Below the pieces are notes generated by a model that was not told the origin of the DNA, did no database searches, and saw nothing but the letters and a program-made list of their open reading frames with translations. A stretch of 64,000 nt of DNA. Origin: Octopus sinensis (Eukaryota). The position numbers and the translations under genes were made by a program. The DNA is taken from positions 2,728,001 to 2,792,000 of the forward strand of contig NC_043015.1 in NCBI RefSeq assembly GCF_006345805.1, read 5' to 3'. This document shows, one piece after another, positions 55,424-64,000 of the stretch (position 1 is the stretch's first letter; each line of letters opens with the position of its first letter).

Positions 55424-55429
<6 letters not shown>
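54085..55429. repeat. Near-identical tandem duplication, about 645-bp unit separated by (TA)n
   Basis: 54085-54730 versus 54786-55429 differ almost only by single-base indels. Confidence 0.95.
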
Positions 55430-55460
<31 letters not shown>

Positions 55461-58134
55461 ATATGTATGGGGTTAATTTATTTATCAGGGAAAGAAACTG
55501 AAGATTTTGAAAAACACGAGAACGCGTGATTTTGTTCATAGATTTGTTCAGGGAAAATGCAGCTTCGCACACGCCATTTTGTCAGCTTCGCTTAAATGAT
55601 TTATCACTGCATAACTCCGTACGTTCATGTATATGACAATTTCAGCTGAATCTTTCGTTTTAATCTTCCCGTAAAAATAAAGCGGTGACTTTCCAGTGTT
55701 CGTATTTATATTATTCTCACATACTATTCAGATTTATTCTTAAAATGATACTTTGGATAAAATCAAATTATGGACATTATGATTCTGGCACATTGTTTCA
55801 TATATCATGCCTTTTTCATATTGCATATAGTGAATGCGTTACAAACAGACAATTAAATGCATTATATTTAAGCTTTGTAAAACTTTTATTGCAGAGTATT
55901 CGCTTGTCTTTTCACTCAGTTTGTGTGTGAAGCTATTGGCTGCTAACCTCTTCGCGCATTAACATGGTTATTAATCTTTAAATCATCGCTGTTTTGTGGG
56001 ATTGGACTGCATATATTTCATTTATTCGTATTTGTTCTTAGGAAAATATAGTGCTATATGTAAGATTCTACTTTAGAATTTTATTATTTTTTAATATTAT
56101 ACTGAAATTTCAGTGTCAGATTGTACAATGAATAAATCAGTAGATCTCAGCAAGCCACTTTCAAATCTCGCTTAAAATAAACTAGATATCTACGATGCCA
56201 AAAATTTGAGCGAGTATACACATTCATTCTAATGCCTATGTTCCTTTAAATATTTAGCAATTCGCATTGTGGCCAATAGACATAATCGATATAATTTTAT
56301 TTTTATGGTCCTACATCTCTGAAAACTTTCCGTCTGCTTTTAAACAAAGAAAAAAAAAAGATAATCAAATGAATTTTAGAATATTCTGCTTTTATATGTT
56401 GATACAAATAATATTCATATATGCATATTATGTATTAATATATTCAGTTTATTAATTGTATTTTTATGAAATACGTAGACAATGCCGGTGGCAATGTCTT
56501 GACCCTTTAGGCTATGAATATTACTATTACCAATGTGTTTGTTGCATTTTGTGATAATGTACATTTCTGATGGCGTTCTGATGCGCCCTGAAGCATAGAA
56601 GATTTAATCTACTAACCTCGGTCAAACTAAGTGAAGCATAGGTACTGTTGTAGTTGCCGTGTTGAATGAATTGTGTCCTTATTATATGCAGCTGTGTAAA
56701 AAGTTGATTCAACTGTTTAAGCATCACGCGATTTAGTGTTTATAGAATTTATTATTTTTTTTAATGATTAACATGTATCCAAAGTGGGTTTTTTAGGTTT
56801 AAAATTGTAGATTCCTTTTAATATTAACGATATTTGGAAGGGAATTTCATAGAGTTTCCAAATTTGATGATGTGCGTTCACAGGCGTTTTTATACGAGAT
56901 GGATTTTCATGGTAAGTAACGCTTAAGAAAGCATACAGAATTATAAAATCACTTTTTTGATTAAATATAAGTACTCCTTTTCATTTCAAGAAAAACAATT
57001 TCTTACAAATTTAAGATAAGCTTACTCTTACGTAGCTTCGATAAACTTGTGTAACAGCAGAACCTTACATAGCAAAAAGCATATATGCACTTAGCAAGCA
57101 GTAAACATGTTTCTACTTTTTGAATAAGTCAGGAATGTGATAGGAGAACAAATAAGTAATTGAAATTAACGTTCACAGTGAAGGTGATTTCACTGTTTAT
57201 GGAGTTTTATAATTACAAATATTACACGGGTATTTATTACATTAAGCAGAAGCATTTTTTTCTTTCAGTTGTGACTGGTCACAGTTTACAACGAATATAA
57301 ATATATAGACGATTCAGTAAAAAATATGGGTTACGACGCAGGAGTATTGACACATATTCCAACGTAAAGATGAACAAGAATATAAAGATTTCCTCTATAC
57401 AGGTATATTCTCTAAAGCTTCATAAAGTCACTGAAATCCTGCAATCGGCGAGGGGCAAAACATTCGCCCACTATTAAAATAGAAAGTAGAAAAGAAACGA
57501 AGTGCGGACGTCAATTACTATTACCATATGCATAAGCAAAGCCGTTTGAATTTTTCCAAATATTAACATACATCTTCCCTTTCATTACTAAATATAACAG
57601 AAAATTACGAAAAATAAACAATTAAACTCACTGGATGTTTCTTAATACTGGACATTTCCTGATTTGGTAGAGTATTAATGAAAATAATCTCTTCAGAAAC
57701 AGAGTTGTAATTCTAAATAGACTAACCAATACCCAGGTATTGATGCATTTATGTAATTCTGTGTTAGAAATATAATATTTATGGTAAATTTAAGTCTGTA
57801 GTGAGATATATAATTCATTATACAGAATATAGATAATTGTCTACACTTCCCCAAAAAATATATGAAATATAACATTTTCAATACAAATTACTGTAGTCAT
57901 AAAAACGGTCTCATATGAATAATAAGAATTATAAAAACCTACCAGAAAATACTGAATGACGAATTATTCTGCTGCAATATATTTCTATTCGAACATAAGA
58001 TATATAAAATATACAATACAATTTCCATTACACTATGATTAATTTCAAAGGGACATATATCCAAATTGGTTTGGTTTTTTTATGTTTGTCAAAACTGCAG
58101 TTTATCCGTACATACATACGTATATATGTATACG

Positions 58135-58188
<54 letters not shown>

Positions 58189-61107
58189 TGTGTGTGTGTG
58201 TGTGTGTTTGCGTGTGTGTATGTGCTTGTGTGTATATAAATATACACACATATATATGTGCGCGCGTGTGTGTATTCTTTTATTGTTGCATTCGAAATAC
58301 CCACGCGGTTGTAGACACGCTGGAGCAGCAATGAGATTTTCCACTTATACGTATAAATATTGTTCACCTGAATTCCCGAAGGACGTTTTATTTCATATCA
58401 CTACTCCGCTATGTGTTTTCTTCATGGTTGTAGGCCCTTTTGGTGAATGAGGGAGTTGACACCACTTTCACCATTTGTAAATCTGACCGGGCCGTAGGTT
58501 CAACCTCTGTTGTGGAGACAAGAATAGCTCTTTCTTTCTTCAATAAACCTAAGTCCTCATTATACAGGTTTCTTTAATGTTTGTGGTAGGGTATCGACGA
58601 GCTGTGGGATTTTGAACCCTAAACCATTGAGCTGCCTGCTCCAAAATCGACATGAAGTGGACGGTGCCTTTCGTACATTACAACGACATCAAGGTCGGGC
58701 ATTGGTATAGCATCTAATGCCTTAATTAGTTACAGCCCATCCATGGTTTCGACTTGTACAACATGATTTACATATCAGTGAAGTGTGTGTCTGTATATAC
58801 ATAAAATCGCTACATGACCCTGACTAATACACACAGTTGTTAAAAACATTTAATAGTAACCGTACAGTTATTATGCAATGATGGTGTGCTATTAATGTAT
58901 TTCTTGCTGTTTAACCTTATTCAGTTCAGAATAGAGAACAGATTTCTGCCTAACATCGTGTATTTTTCATACCCCACTAATATGCCAATAATTTAATAAA
59001 TAGCTGATTTGGTAAATACGCAGCATTTCCGAATGTAACTGCAAGGACTTGCATTGAACAAAATTGCAAAGGATGACTATGTTAAAGTATTATTTAAATT
59101 TTAATTAAAAACTGGAACCAAAATATAATCGAAATCAATTATAAAATGCATTTCCAAAGCAAGGAATCAATTTGGAGTACGCAATAGATTTCATAGATTT
59201 AAACCATGATTCCTTATGATATATTCTGAGATTGTGATGCTGTGCAAAATTCAATTAGCAATTTTCTATATCGTTTTCAAATCGGATGACGAACGTAACT
59301 GAAAAAGATTAACACAGATATTAACTTGAATTATCCTTAATTCCAGTGTATTAGAATGTTGAATTTCCGTTTGACAAATAGGAGTAAATTATTTTCAAGA
59401 CGAACAACATCACGCCTGCAAAATATTTTACAAATATTTTTTTTTACTTTTGTTAAGGCTAAACCTGATGATCTTACAGTTACTATCACAGAAATAGCAT
59501 ACATACATTAGAGCGCGAAGAAATGTGTATGGCTGAACAATAATTTAGCGAATTTAGTGCTAATTCTCTCTAAACAAATCCTAAGATTAAAGCACCTTTC
59601 AAGTTTCTGCCCGTCGGTGCAGAGGTATAAAATTCGGTGCATTTGTAATATATGCATTCAATGAGTGTGGGGAGAGTTGATTACGATTTAAAGAGCTTTA
59701 TTTGGGAAGGTTTTGAAGGAAAGCAATGAGCATGTGATTGCATTAGCTTCTGAATAGAATACTTGCACTTAATAAACTGATCCATTATTCATACGAGAAA
59801 GGAATGGAAACAGTATTTCTTATAATTAATACATTAAAAATGTTACTATATTTAGCAACTGCGCAAATATGCTATACTGAAATGCAGAGCAATTATATAT
59901 TATAAAGGAGCAAATGAAAAGAAAATTAATTAAGATTACGGCCGCGCTGGAAAATATTATTATAATTTACAAACAGGATCAGAAAAATCACAGCATTCTA
60001 AAAGTTATATTGAAAACAGAAAGAAAAATATTCCATACATGTTTATAAAGTACACATTCCTTTGGTAGATTATTCTATTGCTAACAATTTAAAGAATGCT
60101 CACGCAAAGCCATATTTGCAACTGCGTAGTGATGATATGTTAACAAATTTAGCATTCCCTGTATTGATTGAACAGCTTCGTATCATAGGAGTGTATATTC
60201 AATATAGTTTTAAGATGAAATATGATTCATTGATTGTATTCATAAAACTTATGGAAGATATCGAAAAGGCATACATCAAAACACAGACACACACACATAC
60301 TTTAACGTGGTGCCATAGATTGTTGCACATAGAAGTTACGAAGTAAGCAGATATATGAATTCAGAAAAAGAAACCAGTCATTCTGACCAAGTTAGTAGAT
60401 CTTCATGAAGATACCCTGAAGGCCATCAGATTCGGATAATTGACCGTTATAAGCACATCCTCCATGAATCTCAGTACGCGGAGTAGAAAGCTGGGTTCTA
60501 TTTAATCGAAGTTGAATGTAGGGTATTCATTGAACCGAGTGTTAGGCATTGATTGTTTCATTAGGCATGGCTCAGGGATACAAATAACATCATGAGCGAT
60601 GTCCAGGAAAATTCGGATAGGCATACAAGCACACACATATATACACATGTAATATAAATAGATATTAAAGGAACTAGAAAAAAGTAATTGATGAATTGAT
60701 AAACTTTATAATATGATATCATATGATATAACGAATAATCAAAAGAGATGTATAGCCTACAATTTGTATCGAATCATATCAATGAGTGAAGATTCCCTAA
60801 ACATAAATCACATTTATGTATATGAATCTGGTCAGGGTAATATTTTTCTTCAAAATACAAAAAATATTCTTGCAATGATCAATGATAATTATTATTCTTT
60901 AAATTTTCTATAAAATTTATATAATATATTAAGAATTTATAATGAAGTAGGAAATATACTTTTGTATATACCATTATTAAAAACTAAATAGTGATATATT
61001 TTATTTACACACGAAATTCATAATATATATATATGTGTGTCTGTGTGTGTATTTATATATATATAACGTCTGATCTGTGACTACTGGCCGAAATCAGACC
61101 GCCATGT

Positions 61108-61310
61108 TGAATCGTTAGCTACTGCACGCATTTTATCCTCTCCTTGTTTCTCTCCGTGTTTCTTTTCAGTGTATCTTTCTGTTGAAGAGCGTAGGCTCGA
61201 AACGTAAAAGACTTGTTTTATTTCTATTCCTGAGCGCCATACTAATGCAATTGTTTGTTTGCACTCCATCTGCCGTCATATTTTGTTAATTCTCGTAAGC
61301 TTCCCGTTAT
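61108..61310 (+). mobile_element. About 205-bp element carrying a variant hammerhead, 3' end abutting (TA)n
   Basis: Homologous to 20466-20672. Confidence 0.8.
61174..61211 (+). ncRNA. 38-nt minimal type-I hammerhead fold with variant core CUGUUGA
   Basis: tcttt CTGTTGA a gagc gtag gctc GAA ACGT A aaaga: perfect stems I (5 bp) and II (4 bp), palindromic ACGU, GUA triplet. Confidence 0.65.
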
Positions 61311-61338
61311 ATATATATTATATATATATATATATATA

Positions 61339-61426
<88 letters not shown>

Positions 61427-61433
61427 ATATATA

Positions 61434-61492
<59 letters not shown>

Positions 61493-62531
61493 GAAACAAA
61501 TCGAGTCAAGTAGGTGTGTGGTTGGTCATTTAGCTTTTAACCATTAGAATCCTTTCTGCACAAAGTAGCTTTCCCGGTGAGACGGTACTTGGTTATGTTA
61601 CCGTTTCCCTGCATTGTAACATCTGGTTGTATTTCCTCAGGTGATATGTAAATACTCACTCAGTTAGTTCACAATTCTTGGCCCAATTAATATCCTCTCT
61701 GCCTGTCATGGCATAAATTTATTAATTGCTAAAGGACTTTGGCAAACATTTTTGAATATCTAGTTATAGCGTAAATGTGATTCTGCTACTAGTAAAAAGG
61801 TTACCGTTTTAAAGAGATGATCATTTGATTTCTCTTTACTGTTGATTAGTTATTCAAAGTTGATTAAATATGCAATTGTTCTTAACTGACCTCTAAGAGT
61901 CGCATTATATATACACATAAAAGTTCATTCCCTTATACATTCATATACATACTAACGCTCATGGACGCACACCACACCGACACGCATGTACACAAAGATA
62001 ATTTTCTTCAATTATCTATTCTTAAACGACAGATATCTAATGCAAGCAGTGAAGTACGTATAGGACTACAACAGGTTAGCACAAAATGGAATCTGTAGGT
62101 GGACGAGCATTTTACAGTACTGTACGCTCTTAACAGAACACGTCTGGGAAGCAAAACTATGAGCATACAGTCATGCCCGTGCATATAAATGTATACAGGA
62201 TAAATGTGTCTTGCTTTGGATGGACGTTTTATGTTATGTAGATTTCTTGTCAGAGATATTGCGCAAGGAATATCATATTACTTCCGAACTTACTCCATAC
62301 ACAATGATATTACAATATCTATTTCAAGATTTGTTTTCGTAAAATTTCCGCTGTGTAAATTTTCCATTATTATTTATTTCTAGTAAATTGTCAAAAGAAA
62401 CTATTATTTATTTGTGTTCAACAACCCGGGGGAGTGTAACAACACTGATTTTCAAAATATAATCAAGTTCTGTGGGTTGTATGTACCAATAGAGCTTGAA
62501 CTATTTAAAGTCTATTCAAAACTTACTTATT

Positions 62532-62693
62532 ACAGGAATGACTGTGTGGTAAGTAGCTTGTTTACCAACCACTTGGTTGCGGGTTCATTCTCACTGCGTG
62601 GCAACTTGGGCAAGTGTCTTCTACTATAGCCGCGGGCCGACCAAAGCCTTGTGGGTGGATTTGGTAGACGGAAACTGGAAGGAGCCGGTCGTA

Positions 62694-62750
<57 letters not shown>

Positions 62751-62969
62751 ATATGTTTGTGTGTTTGTGTTTGTCCCCCACCATTGCTTGACAACCGACG
62801 GTGGTGTGTTTACGTCCTCGTGACTTAGCGGATCAGCATAAGTGGCCGATAGAATAAGTACTAGGCTTACAAAGAATAAGTTCTGGGGTCGATTTACTCG
62901 ACTAAAAGGTGGTGCTCCAGCATGGCCGCAGTCAGCTGACTGAAACAAGTAAAAGAGTAAAAGAGAGAG
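62532..62969 (+). mobile_element. SINE family C, full length, ending in (GTAAAAGA)2
   Basis: tRNA-like head, gacggaaact core, internal (TA)(TG) tract, tail ggtgctccagcatggccgcagtcagctgactgaaacaagtaaaagagtaaaaga. Confidence 0.9.
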
Positions 62970-64000
62970 TATTCAGAATCCGGAAAGTACAGAATGCCAT
63001 GTGTCTGCATTTCAGGTATCAAATACGTCGAATACCTAAACATGAAGTCTATAAATTGCTTAAATGTTAGTCAATATTCATTATCTGAGTACGTCCAGTG
63101 TCTTGCAATGTATTTAGAAAAAAATTCAATCAGCTTCTGTTGAAAGGAGGTATTTATCGTCTCTACATTCTCATTATAAATTGTTCATATACAAACAACA
63201 CCATGCCACCTCATTCAACATCACATGGAGATAAATGACAACGAAATCGGCTCTAAATATTATTTAATACCTGATCACTTCTAACATACGGAACAGCTGG
63301 GCGCTAGCTCTTCATTTACGTCATGAAAAAATAATATTTTTAATCTACTCCTATTCGTGGCATTTTCTCTTCACATTTTCTTTTGTTATTTTTCCATCAC
63401 AATCAGTTGATGATGCTATCGACATACCTCCTGAATATTTCAGATCCGGTGGGTATCTTCGGATATTTGTTTTGCTAATATTCTTAAAAGAAATCCCAAT
63501 AAATATCGAAGGTGTCAACACGTTTGGCTTTTATGAGTATAGAAAGTGTTAAGGCTCGTATATTGGGAACGTTAGAAATTTTGACGCTTCACATCAAGCA
63601 AATATGATAAGCCATACAAAATCTCTATGGATTTTACAGAAACCTTAACGTTATTATATGCCAATATTTTGCAGTTTAAACCGCTGCTTCTTCGTCAATA
63701 CGAATTAATAAACATCCAGTTGCAATGGAATTTGAAGAGTCTTGAAAGAGCAAGCACGCACATTATGTTAACCAAGATTCTGAAGCGGTTAATATTTTTA
63801 AGCAATAATGAACGACTCGGTTTGTATAAAAACGAATTGGTTCAGCCAAAACATATTTGTAGACATGCTTTTTTGTTTTATTAATGCATGAAAGTAATTA
63901 ACGACCGTGGATAAAAAGTAGATATATCATATATATCATATATATATCATATAGATCATATATATATATATATATATTGTATCCATATCGTAGATGTATC

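Noticed and set aside
56527-56727. Minus-strand 66-aa ORF with possible splice sites
   Set aside because: No recognisable homology, and such sites are common by chance in AT-rich DNA.

Overview
AT-rich, microsatellite-saturated animal genomic DNA. The SINE families and repeat density look like Octopus (recognised from memory, not by search). I found no host protein-coding exon I can support. Nearly all listed ORFs are translations of (TA)n, (CA)n, (ATT)n, (AGT)n or (AAG)n tracts. The window is a transposon graveyard. It holds two decayed mariner transposons (15.2-16.4 kb, 26.9-28.1 kb), a CR1/Jockey-type LINE endonuclease relic (10.5-11.25 kb) and two Penelope-like element (PLE) coding relics: a GIY-YIG part at 2.3-3.1 kb and an RT part at 36.4-37.2 kb. 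It also has many tRNA-derived SINE copies from several families. The main signal is a set of at least six unrelated short non-coding elements that each carry a minimal type-I hammerhead-ribozyme (HHR) fold with a palindromic, dimer-type stem III. Four of them show the PLE-style inverted-segment and/or tandem-repeat layout, and most abut (TA)n. One adds a tRNA-like Pol III head, and one family carries a shared CUGUUGA core variant. All folds were derived by eye. Activity is untested.
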